NCBI GenBank assembly: GCA_947505205.1
Contig: CANNKD010000001.1
Coordinates: 15,744 to 79,743 of the forward strand
Reading direction: 5' to 3'
Origin: Bacteroidota bacterium
GTDB taxonomy: Bacteria > Bacteroidota > Bacteroidia > Bacteroidales > F082
DNA: 64,000 bases
The notes beneath the pieces were generated by a model. The model did no database searches. It was not told where the DNA came from and was given only the letters and a program-made list of their open reading frames with translations. Position 1 is the stretch's first letter. Every line of letters starts with the position of its first letter. This document shows positions 1 through 8,542 of the stretch, piece after piece. The translations under genes and the position numbers were made by a program.

Positions 1-99
1 GTTAATATATGCTCGCGTAACGGATGTACGGCACATCACATCAAGTTTAAAGATGTGGCAGATGAAATGTCGAAGTTTTACTATGAATATGGATTTTGA
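1..99 (+). CDS. 3' end of an unidentified CDS entering from upstream of the window (...CSRNGCTAHHIKFKDVADEMSKFYYEYGF*)
   Basis: Frame 1 is open from base 1 to TGA at 97-99. Frame 2 is also open to about 176, so the frame is uncertain. No recognisable motif. Confidence 0.2.
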   Translation, partial: VNICSRNGCTAHHIKFKDVADEMSKFYYEYGF

Positions 100-230
100 A
101 GTTCGGAGTGAACTACCTGCCAGGCTGCGCCAGCAGACAGGAAGTGAACTAAAGTTCGAGGTTAATCATCTATAATTCAGTATTATAGCTCTTTAAAGGG
201 CGTTATTCGTTAAAAATTTGGTTTACTTTT

Positions 231-1250
231 TCAACAAATTCTGGGTAATTGTTCACCGGCAGGCATATCAACGATACGTTTACCACCGATAGAAGTTAAA
301 AGCCAGGTTCTACCTGGATGTTGCTCAACAATTTCACCAATGATTGAAGCATCTTTGCCAAGTGGATGTTGTCTTAATGAAGATAAGATTTTGTCAGCGT
401 ATGCTTTAGCAACCACCATCACTACTTTACCTTCATTTGCAACGTATAATGGATCAAAACCCAATAGTTCGCACATACCCCGCACATTTTCTCGTACCGG
501 AATATTTTCTTCTAACAAATTGATTCCAAATGATTTATGTTCACATAATTCGGCAAGTACGGTTCCTAAGCCACCGCGAGTGGCGTCACGCATGAATTTC
601 ACATCGTGTCCAAATTGCAGTGCCTTTTCAATCAATTTGTTTAAGCATGCACAATCTGATATAATATTACTATTGATTTTCAGATTGTTGCGTGCACTCA
701 TGACCGCCATTCCATGATCTCCAATATAACCATTGATGATGATTTTATCTCCAATCTGAATATGATCACCCATAACAATTCCCTCTGTATTGGGAAAGAG
801 TGTACCAATACCGCTTGTATTAATAAAAATTTTATCACATTTACCACGTTCGACAACTTTTGTGTCACCTGTAACTATCTGCACACCAGCTTTATCAGCT
901 TCTTCTGCCATAGTTTTCACAATCTTTTCAAGATATTCAAAAGAAAGACCTTCTTCAAGAATAAATCCCGCACTTAGATATTTAGGTTCTGCTCCCGAAA
1001 CGGCTAAATCATTTACTGTCCCCGCAATAGCCAGATTGCCGATATTTCCTCCCGGAAAGAAAATAGGATCGACAACAAATGAATCTGTCGTGAATGCCAA
1101 TTTATCATTTGAAAAGTTGAGAATGGCAGAATCGCCCTGTGTTTGTAAAATTTCATTCTTGAAATACTTGACAAACAGATCTCTAATTAAATCATGCGTT
1201 AATCGCCCGCCACTACCATGACCTAACAAAATAGTTTCATTATTTCTCAT
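231..1250 (-). CDS. hypE: [NiFe] hydrogenase maturation protein HypE (AIR-synthase-like carbamoyl dehydratase)
   Basis: N-terminus MRNNETILLGHGSGG and C-terminal PRIC motif typical of HypE. The ATG at 1250 lies 1 nt after the hypD stop. The track ORF's extra 42 codons overlap hypD and are rejected. Confidence 0.93.
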   Translation of the reverse strand: MRNNETILLGHGSGGRLTHDLIRDLFVKYFKNEILQTQGDSAILNFSNDKLAFTTDSFVVDPIFFPGGNIGNLAIAGTVNDLAVSGAEPKYLSAGFILEEGLSFEYLEKIVKTMAEEADKAGVQIVTGDTKVVERGKCDKIFINTSGIGTLFPNTEGIVMGDHIQIGDKIIINGYIGDHGMAVMSARNNLKINSNIISDCACLNKLIEKALQFGHDVKFMRDATRGGLGTVLAELCEHKSFGINLLEENIPVRENVRGMCELLGFDPLYVANEGKVVMVVAKAYADKILSSLRQHPLGKDASIIGEIVEQHPGRTWLLTSIGGKRIVDMPAGEQLPRIC

Positions 1251-1251
1251 C

Positions 1252-2334
1252 TTATTCGCGTTTGTATTTATAATAGGCCGCACACGCACCTTCGTTCGAA
1301 ACCATGCAGGCACCAACCGGTTCGGATGGGGTGCAGGCTTTACCAAATAGGTTACAATCAGAAGGTTTAGCGACACCTTTTAAAATGATACCGCAGATGC
1401 AGCCTTTATCCTCTTTAGTTGGTTCAACATCAACCTGATACAATTTCTCTGCATCAAATTCCGAATATTTTTCTTTAATACCTAAACCACTCATTTTCAA
1501 TACGCCCAAACCTCTCCACCAATCATCTCTATACTCGAAAACTTCGTTGAGTATTTCCTGTGCTTTGATGTTTCCTTCCGTTTTAACAGCCCTCGAATAT
1601 TGGATTTCGACCTTTGGTTTGTTCGTTTCAAACTGATTTACAAGCATATAAATCGATTGCATCATATCAAGTGGTTCAAAACCACTGATAACCACGCCCA
1701 ATCCATATTTTTTTGGAATGAAGTCATAAATGTATGATCCTGTGATCGTGCTCACATGACCCGGTCCGATATAACCTTGAATATCAACACCTTCATCGAT
1801 GAGTGCAGCCATGGGAGGAGGCATCACTTTATGTGCGCTGAAAACAGAAAAGTTAAATAATTGTGCCAAATGTGCTTTCATAATACCAGCAGCTGATCCG
1901 GGTGCAGTTGTTTCGAAGCCAATTCCAAGGAAAATTACCTTCTTTAATGGGTTTGCATCAGCGATATTCAATGCATCCAACACTGAATAAACAATTCGAA
2001 TATCAGCACCATGCGCTTTTTCCTTGTCGAGTGAAGAGCTTGAGCCGGGCACACGAATTAAGTCTCCATAAGTGGTTATGATAACATCAGTTAACTTACT
2101 GAAAGCAATTGCTTTATCGATATAGGAACGACTCGTAACACAAACCGGACAACCCGGGCCAGAAACCAGTTCAACTGTGTCCGGGAGTAAATCTGGGATT
2201 CCAAACCGTTGAATCGCCATGGTGTGGCCACCACAAACTTCCATCAATCGAATTTTTTTAGTAGATATTTTTTTTATCTGCGATGCCAGAAGAAGTATTT
2301 TTTCTTTATCGCGATATTCATCTATATACTTCAT
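1252..2334 (-). CDS. hypD: [NiFe] hydrogenase maturation protein HypD
   Basis: 360 aa with HypD hallmarks CGGHT, GPGCPVCV and GFETT. Sits between hypC and hypE. Confidence 0.95.
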   Translation of the reverse strand: MKYIDEYRDKEKILLLASQIKKISTKKIRLMEVCGGHTMAIQRFGIPDLLPDTVELVSGPGCPVCVTSRSYIDKAIAFSKLTDVIITTYGDLIRVPGSSSSLDKEKAHGADIRIVYSVLDALNIADANPLKKVIFLGIGFETTAPGSAAGIMKAHLAQLFNFSVFSAHKVMPPPMAALIDEGVDIQGYIGPGHVSTITGSYIYDFIPKKYGLGVVISGFEPLDMMQSIYMLVNQFETNKPKVEIQYSRAVKTEGNIKAQEILNEVFEYRDDWWRGLGVLKMSGLGIKEKYSEFDAEKLYQVDVEPTKEDKGCICGIILKGVAKPSDCNLFGKACTPSEPVGACMVSNEGACAAYYKYKRE

Positions 2335-2344
2335 AATAAATAGT

Positions 2345-2614
2345 TTAAATTATTTTTCTACCTGAAATTCGCTCTTCTTCGTCAAGGATTTCGTTAAAAT
2401 CTTCCAATTCATCGAAGAGTTTCAGGGTTTCTTCAGCTTCTTCCTTACTTATTTTAGAAATGGCAAAGCCGGTATGTAAAAGTACATAATCACCAATGGA
2501 AAGTTCTTTGATATCAAGCATTTGAAGGCTAGCTTTGTAGGTTGCGCCACCGACAGAACAAACCGCCATTTCACCATCCAAGGATTCAATTTTTGCAGGG
2601 ACACTTAAACACAT
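2345..2614 (-). CDS. hypC: [NiFe] hydrogenase assembly chaperone HypC/HupF family
   Basis: 89 aa. N-terminal MCLSVPAKI carries the essential Cys2. OB-fold-size protein directly upstream of hypD. Confidence 0.9.
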   Translation of the reverse strand: MCLSVPAKIESLDGEMAVCSVGGATYKASLQMLDIKELSIGDYVLLHTGFAISKISKEEAEETLKLFDELEDFNEILDEEERISGRKII

Positions 2615-2787
2615 AATTAATGATATTTTACTATTTGATTCGCTAAGATAACAAAGTTTGGAAGATTAGACTTTATTTCAAGATTACAATGGCAGACATT
2701 TTGAGATATAACAAAGATTCAGTTGTAAAATAGTAATTAACCAACTGTGAAAGAGTGAATTAAATATTCATGTCAATGAAATCAAAA

Positions 2788-5070
2788 TTATTTAAGGTTC
2801 TGTAATTTTCTTTTTGCTCCGGCAATTGCCAACTGACCTAATGCAATTCCACCATCATTGGATGGTACTTTTTCATGGGAATAGACGGTAAATCCTTCCA
2901 TTCTGAGTAATATCTCCGTCATTTCAAGAAGATATTTGTTTTGGAAAGTGCCGCCTGAAAGTACGACTTTGTTAATAGATGTTTCTTTTCTGAGTTGTTT
3001 GGATAAATCAAGAATCAGTGAAACGATTGTATTATGAAATTTTGCGGAAATCAACGCGACAGTCGCATCTCTTTTGATATCTTTCAATATCTGGTAAAAC
3101 ATTTTATAAAATATAATTCTCTTACCTTCAATATGATATATATATTTACCTTTACAATTGATTTCAATTATAGATTCGAGCCGCATCGGAGCTTCAGCAT
3201 GATAGTTACTTGTTGTACAAAGTCCGGAAAGTGCAGCAACAGCATCAAACAACCTACCTGCACCAGAGCTTTTTGGACAATTTAAGTCTTCAGCAATCAT
3301 TTGTTTAACGAATTCTATTTCAGTTTTGTCAATCAAAGCCAGAAATGGCAAATCAGTGTCGAGTATATCACTTCCCAAGTATTTATATAAGTATGAAACA
3401 GCGGTTCTCCAGGGATATTTTGTCACTTTATCGCCACCTGGAAGTGGAACAGGGTCAAAATAAAATTTTCTCTCATAGCCTATATAATCGCAAATAAAAA
3501 ACTCGCCGCCCCAGATTGTTCCATCGTCTCCGTAACCGGTTCCATCGAAAGCAATGCCAATAACTTTCTCATTTACATTGTGTTCGGCCATGCACGATGC
3601 GATATGCGCGTGATGATGTTGTATTTCTATTATCGGAAGTTTTAGTCTCCTTGCAAAATTGGATGAAAGATAGTCGGGGTGCATATCACTGGCTACAAGT
3701 TGACAGTCAAATCGAAATAACTTTGAAAACCGATTGTATGATTCTTCATAAAACGCAAGTGTTTCTGCATTTTGTAAATCTCCAATATGTTGACTAAAAA
3801 TAACTTGTGTTCCTTTACCTAAAGTAAAGGTGTTTGTCAATTCGGCTCCAGCGGCGAAAATTCCTTCGGTGTCGAAAGATAAATCAATTGGTGAAGGTAC
3901 GTATCCTCTTGAGCGACGGATGATTCTTTCTTTTTCTGTGGCAATGAAAACCACTGAGTCATCGCTTCGGTTAAAGATATCTCTGTTATAACTAACCAAT
4001 ATATCAGCTATTTTAGATAATTCATCTGAAGCTATACTATCACTGATACAAACAGGTTCATCCGTTAAATTACCACTTGTAAAAATGATGGCTTTCGTTG
4101 CTAAATGATCAAATATTTGGTAATGAATCGGCATATAAGGTAAAATTATACCGGTTGTATTAAGGTTTGGACTTACGGATGGCGCAAGGAATTTTTTGTT
4201 TTTCAACAATACGATCGGACGACGCCAGGAAGTAAGAGATTTCGTTTCGGAATTATTCAGGTCGAATGAAATCTCAATGGTTCTTAAATCTGCGCACATA
4301 ACCGCAAAAGGCTTCATCTCACGGCGTTTCCTTTCACGCAAAGTGCTTACTGCTAATTCATTATAGGCATCACAAATAAAATTGTAACCTCCTGTTCCTT
4401 TCATGGCAATAATTTTCCCGGCATCGATCGCTTTTGCAATGTAAACAGGAATTTGATCATTTTCAATATTTTGATTTTCAATATGATATACAGGTCCGCA
4501 GTGATTGCAGGCAATAGGCTGCGCATGAAAACGCCTATCGAGGATATTTTCATATTCGCCATTACAAACGGCACACATTTTAAAAGGCTGCATGGTCGTT
4601 TGGTGGCGATCGTAAGGTAATGCATGAATAATGGAAAAACGTGGCCCACAGTTCGTGCAATTGATAAATGGATAGCTTATTCGGTGACTTTGCGTTATTA
4701 AATCATCCAGGCAATCGTTGCAAACGGCAATATCGGGACTTACTTCAGTAACTAATTGAGAGAAACTTGAACTTTTTCGAATTGAAAAATTAGAATAGTT
4801 TTTGGATATTGTTTCTTTTACTGAAAGCGAGGCAATGGATGCCGCAACCGGCTTTTGCGATTGAATCGATAGAATAAAGTTTTCAATCTGATTTTCTATA
4901 CCTTCAGCATGGATTGTCACGCCTTCGTTGTTATTTTCAACCCAACCTAAAATATTGTTATTTAATGCTATACGATAAATAAATGGTCTGAATCCAACAC
5001 CTTGAACAAGTCCGGTAATATAAATCAGGTATGCTTTTGAATTCAAATTCACTTTCGGGTTTTGGTACAA
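2788..5070 (-). CDS. hypF: Carbamoyltransferase HypF
   Basis: 760 aa. Acylphosphatase-like N-terminus (GLVQGVGFRPF), two CxxC...CxxC zinc-finger pairs, YrdC-like and Kae1-like domains. The annotated start is TTG; the exact start is uncertain. Confidence 0.94.
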   Translation of the reverse strand: MYQNPKVNLNSKAYLIYITGLVQGVGFRPFIYRIALNNNILGWVENNNEGVTIHAEGIENQIENFILSIQSQKPVAASIASLSVKETISKNYSNFSIRKSSSFSQLVTEVSPDIAVCNDCLDDLITQSHRISYPFINCTNCGPRFSIIHALPYDRHQTTMQPFKMCAVCNGEYENILDRRFHAQPIACNHCGPVYHIENQNIENDQIPVYIAKAIDAGKIIAMKGTGGYNFICDAYNELAVSTLRERKRREMKPFAVMCADLRTIEISFDLNNSETKSLTSWRRPIVLLKNKKFLAPSVSPNLNTTGIILPYMPIHYQIFDHLATKAIIFTSGNLTDEPVCISDSIASDELSKIADILVSYNRDIFNRSDDSVVFIATEKERIIRRSRGYVPSPIDLSFDTEGIFAAGAELTNTFTLGKGTQVIFSQHIGDLQNAETLAFYEESYNRFSKLFRFDCQLVASDMHPDYLSSNFARRLKLPIIEIQHHHAHIASCMAEHNVNEKVIGIAFDGTGYGDDGTIWGGEFFICDYIGYERKFYFDPVPLPGGDKVTKYPWRTAVSYLYKYLGSDILDTDLPFLALIDKTEIEFVKQMIAEDLNCPKSSGAGRLFDAVAALSGLCTTSNYHAEAPMRLESIIEINCKGKYIYHIEGKRIIFYKMFYQILKDIKRDATVALISAKFHNTIVSLILDLSKQLRKETSINKVVLSGGTFQNKYLLEMTEILLRMEGFTVYSHEKVPSNDGGIALGQLAIAGAKRKLQNLK

Positions 5071-5282
5071 AGCTAATCAAATGTGGTGGAAATAGAATTT
5101 GAAAGTTCAGTTTCCTTTGTTCGCGAGCTATTTCAACATGAGTGGAATAGATTTATTTTGTATTTGAGAACAAATTTATGTCAGTACACATTGCAAGCGC
5201 ACCAGCAGTTGGTTTTAATTTTTCACTTTTCCAGTTTTGCAGCCGGGCATGCGCTTTCAATAATCCGAACGTTTTTTTCAAC

Positions 5283-5290
5283 TATCTTTG
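5283..5290 (+). promoter_or_regulatory. Bacteroidota-type -7 promoter element TAtcTTTG
   Basis: Matches the TAnnTTTG consensus, 22 nt upstream of the ABC-F ATG. Confidence 0.35.
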
Positions 5291-5311
5291 TCGCTCATTT
5301 AAAATTTACAC

Positions 5312-6955
5312 ATGATTTCTGTTGATGGTCTCGCCGTGGAGTTTAGCGGAACAACTCTTTTTAAGGATATCTCATTCGCAATCAACGACAAAGACCGCAT
5401 CGCCTTGATGGGTAAAAACGGTGCCGGTAAGTCAACCATGCTGAAAATTATCGCGGGCGAAAAAACTCCCACCAAAGGCCGAGTTACTGTGCCTGCCGAT
5501 AATATTGTGGCTTATCTTCCTCAGCATCTGATTACGAATGATAACTGCACTGTTTTTGAAGAAACAGCAAAGGCGTTTGCCGAAGCGCTGGATATGGAAA
5601 AAGAGATCAACGCGCTAAACGAACAGCTGACATCTCGAGACGATTATGAATCGCCTGAATATTATGTTATTATTGAAAAACTATCCACCTTAAGTGAGAA
5701 ATTTTATTCGCAGGAAGAAACAAATTATGATGCAGAAATAGAGAAAATTTTGCTTGGGCTTGGTTTCCTTCGTACAGATTTTAACCGTCAGACCAGCGAA
5801 TTCAGCGGTGGATGGCGTATGCGCATCGAATTAGCGAAAATACTCTTGCAAAAGCCAGATTTGATTTTATTGGATGAACCTACCAATCACCTTGATATTG
5901 AGTCGGTTCAATGGCTCGAAGATTTTTTAATCAACAGTGCCAAAGCGGTTATGATCATTTCGCACGATAAAGCCTTTGTCGATAATATCACAACCAGAAC
6001 CATCGAAATTACCATGGGCAGGGCTTATGATTACAAGGTAAATTATTCAAAATACCTCGAACTTAGGCAGGAGAGACGCGAACAACAACAACGCCAGTCC
6101 GATGATCAGCAAAAGATGATTGCTGATAACCAGGATTTTATCGATCGATTTAAAGGAACCTACTCAAAAGCGAATCAGGTTCAGTCGCGCATTCGAATGC
6201 TTGAGAAATTAGAGATCGTTGAGGTGGATGAAGTGGATACTTCGGCATTAAAATTACGGTTTCCGCCATCACCACGCTCTGGTAGCTATCCAGTAATTGC
6301 AGAACACGTCACGAAAAACTATGGCGATCATCTAGTGTTTCAGGATGCAAATTTTACCATTCAACGTGGCGATCGGGTGGCTTTTGTAGGTAAAAACGGA
6401 GAAGGAAAATCAACGCTGGTAAAGGCAATCATGGGTGAAATAGACTTTGATGGTAAATTAAGTCTGGGTCACAATTCGATGGTTGGTTATTTTGCACAGA
6501 ATCAGGCTTCCATTTTGGACGAGGAAAATACTGTTTATCAGACGATTGACGATGTTGCTGTAGGCGATATCAGAACGAGAATCAAAGATTTATTAGGCGC
6601 TTTTATGTTTGGTGGCGACAGCTGGACCAAAAAAGTGAAAGTCCTTTCAGGTGGCGAACGCACAAGGCTGGCCATGATCAAATTATTACTCGAACCCGTA
6701 AATTTGCTCATTCTGGATGAGCCAACAAACCATCTTGACCTTAAAACCAAAGAAATCCTTAAAAATGCGCTGATGGATTATGACGGAACCTTGATTTTGG
6801 TATCGCATGACCGTGACTTTTTAGATGGCTTAGTTGGCAAAGTATTCGAATTTGGAAACAAAAGGGTGAAAGAGCATTTGAGCGGTATCAAAGAGTTTCT
6901 GGAGAATAAGAAAATGATTAATTTAAAGGAACTGGAACGGAATGTTGTGAAATAA
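5312..6955 (+). CDS. ABC-F family ATPase (two ABC cassettes, no transmembrane domain)
   Basis: Two Walker A motifs (GKNGAGKST, GKNGEGKST), two LSGG signatures, and a charged Q/R-rich inter-domain linker. Confidence 0.9.
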   Translation: MISVDGLAVEFSGTTLFKDISFAINDKDRIALMGKNGAGKSTMLKIIAGEKTPTKGRVTVPADNIVAYLPQHLITNDNCTVFEETAKAFAEALDMEKEINALNEQLTSRDDYESPEYYVIIEKLSTLSEKFYSQEETNYDAEIEKILLGLGFLRTDFNRQTSEFSGGWRMRIELAKILLQKPDLILLDEPTNHLDIESVQWLEDFLINSAKAVMIISHDKAFVDNITTRTIEITMGRAYDYKVNYSKYLELRQERREQQQRQSDDQQKMIADNQDFIDRFKGTYSKANQVQSRIRMLEKLEIVEVDEVDTSALKLRFPPSPRSGSYPVIAEHVTKNYGDHLVFQDANFTIQRGDRVAFVGKNGEGKSTLVKAIMGEIDFDGKLSLGHNSMVGYFAQNQASILDEENTVYQTIDDVAVGDIRTRIKDLLGAFMFGGDSWTKKVKVLSGGERTRLAMIKLLLEPVNLLILDEPTNHLDLKTKEILKNALMDYDGTLILVSHDRDFLDGLVGKVFEFGNKRVKEHLSGIKEFLENKKMINLKELERNVVK

Positions 6956-7005
6956 TTGACAATGGGCAATTGACAACGAACCAGCAACCAGCATGCAGCA
7001 ACAAT

Positions 7006-7227
7006 TTAATTGTTCTTGTAAAAGACTTCCAGATATAGTTCTTCTACTTTTTTACGCGCCCATTCGGTGCGACGAAGAAAATTTAAACTCGATTTGATGC
7101 TCGGGTCTTCGTTAAAACAGCGAATATTTATCTTATATCCTAATTGTTCCCAGCCATAAAAGGAAACCAATTCGTTCAGAATCATCTCAAGTGTTTTGCC
7201 GTGAAGCGGATTGTTTAGCTGTTGCAT
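7006..7227 (-). CDS. VF530/DUF2132-family small DNA-binding-like protein
   Basis: 73 aa. [25 protein letters not shown]...[26 protein letters not shown] resembles the DUF2132 family pattern. Confidence 0.65.
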   Translation of the reverse strand: MQQLNNPLHGKTLEMILNELVSFYGWEQLGYKINIRCFNEDPSIKSSLNFLRRTEWARKKVEELYLEVFYKNN

Positions 7228-7261
7228 GATAAATTAAATATTTGAAAATGAAATATTTAGA

Positions 7262-8083
7262 TTAAAAACTATACAATTCTGATCTGTGTGTGCGGGGAAG
7301 TGCACTAATAGAAGTATTGGGATGAATCATAACATCTTTTTCTTTGATTGCATGTGCGACTGCTTTTAACGCAAGTTCAGGTGTGTTGTTTTCCTGACTT
7401 AAATGGCAAAGAAAGATATGACTCATCTTTTCGTTATAGTTATCGGCAATAAAGCGGGCGGCGTCCTTATTATCTAAATGTCCTTTTTCTCCTAATATCC
7501 TGTTCTTCAACTCTTTGGAGTAAGGTCCGTTCAGCAGCATTTCTTCGTCATAATTCGACTCAATAATGACAATGTTCGCTTTGCTTAGATATACAGAAGC
7601 CAACTCACCAACCATACCTAAATCGGTGGCTAATGTCAGCGTTTTTTCACCTTTCGTGATATGATAACCGACTGGTTCCTGAGCATCATGCGAAACATTG
7701 AAAGCTTGTATGGTGAAACCGGCTAAATGAAATACCGATTTTGAATCGATAAGATTATGGCAGGTGGCAGAAACATTACCTGAAAACCGATTGTTTAAAA
7801 TACCTTGCCAGGTGCCAAAATTGGCATAAACTGGAATATTGTAAATACGTGTGAGCGCATTCAATGCCCTGATATGATCAATATGGTCATGCGTTATGAT
7901 AATTCCTTTTATGTTATCTATCTGTATGTTAATCGATTGTAGTAAATGTTTAATATGTTGACCATTAATTCCGGCGTCAATCAAAAAGCCATCCTCACCA
8001 TCTCCAATATAATAACTGTTCCCACTGCTTCCACTTCCCAAACTGCAAAATTCAAAGGTATCTGAAAATAAAGTATTCGTCAT
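7262..8083 (-). CDS. MBL-fold metallo-hydrolase
   Basis: HxHxDH motif (ITHDHIDH) and downstream His/Asp ligands. 273 aa. Confidence 0.85.
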   Translation of the reverse strand: MTNTLFSDTFEFCSLGSGSSGNSYYIGDGEDGFLIDAGINGQHIKHLLQSINIQIDNIKGIIITHDHIDHIRALNALTRIYNIPVYANFGTWQGILNNRFSGNVSATCHNLIDSKSVFHLAGFTIQAFNVSHDAQEPVGYHITKGEKTLTLATDLGMVGELASVYLSKANIVIIESNYDEEMLLNGPYSKELKNRILGEKGHLDNKDAARFIADNYNEKMSHIFLCHLSQENNTPELALKAVAHAIKEKDVMIHPNTSISALPRTHRSELYSF

Positions 8084-8102
8084 GTATGTTTTAAATTGAC
8101 CT

Positions 8103-8110
8103 CAAAGATA
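8103..8110 (-). promoter_or_regulatory. -7 promoter element TAtcTTTG (minus strand)
   Basis: Plus strand reads CAAAgaTA, 20 nt upstream of the MBL hydrolase ATG. Confidence 0.35.
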
Positions 8111-8296
8111 CGTCCTTCAAGGATTCAGGCAAAATCAATCGTCTATAAATATGTGGTATTCATTCCATTATGCATGTTAAGCTACTGAAAATAAACAGCT
8201 TACTACGGCGATTTATCTGACAAACATGAAATTAAAACTTAATAATCTTGTAAGAATTTGAAAACCTTTTTTCCAATTGTGCTGGTAAATTCAGTA

Positions 8297-8431
8297 TCCG
8301 CTACGGAGATTTTTTTAATCTACTATATCACCCTATTCTACAATACTTTATCCCCCACGGGGAAATTTCTCCGTAGGAGATTTAGTATTGTAGGAAAATA
8401 AACCCTCGTAATCTTAATACCTCGTAGAGGT
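8297..8431. other. Cluster of mini-hairpins and nested inverted repeats (candidate structured RNA or palindromic repeat remnant)
   Basis: Four mini-hairpins: tccg-cta-cgga (8297-8307), cccc-cac-gggg (8352-8362), tctcc-gta-ggaga (8368-8380), acctc-gta-gaggt (8419-8431). A 10-bp stem pairs 8338-8347 with 8384-8393. Confidence 0.3.
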
Positions 8432-8542
8432 TATAGAAATGATGCCCTTTGAAATTTTGTGTTATTTTTAGCCTGTGAGTAGTGTGTCAAAATAAATCTA
8501 ACCAAAATATACCAAAAATGGTTTTTATTTTCATTAATTTGG

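Noticed and set aside
100-160. Swapped direct repeats agttcgga-gtgaacta ... gtgaacta-a-agttcgag flanking a GC-rich palindrome (116-141) between the convergent ends of an unknown gene and hypE. Frame 2 is also open across it.
   Set aside because: It is short, with no T-run and no clear nested pairing. It is most simply a weak terminator-like GC hairpin. There is too little sequence at the window edge to judge.
340-1221. Antisense ORFs of 87-143 aa nested inside hypE. The same pattern occurs inside hypF, uvrA, the kinase, feoB, pgm, ugd, the S9 peptidase, DUF1015, serC and others.
   Set aside because: Each lies fully within a longer ORF that carries clear family motifs on the opposite strand. 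Their translations are low-complexity or Cys/Phe/Ser-rich with no motifs.
5083-5325. 80-aa ORF in the divergent hypF / ABC-F intergenic region.
   Set aside because: It overlaps the ABC-F start and its -7 box. Its composition is hydrophobic and Phe/His-rich, and it has no motif.
8297-8431. Possibility that the mini-hairpin cluster is a degenerate CRISPR array.
   Set aside because: The units differ in sequence and length. There is no regular repeat-spacer periodicity and no cas genes in the window.
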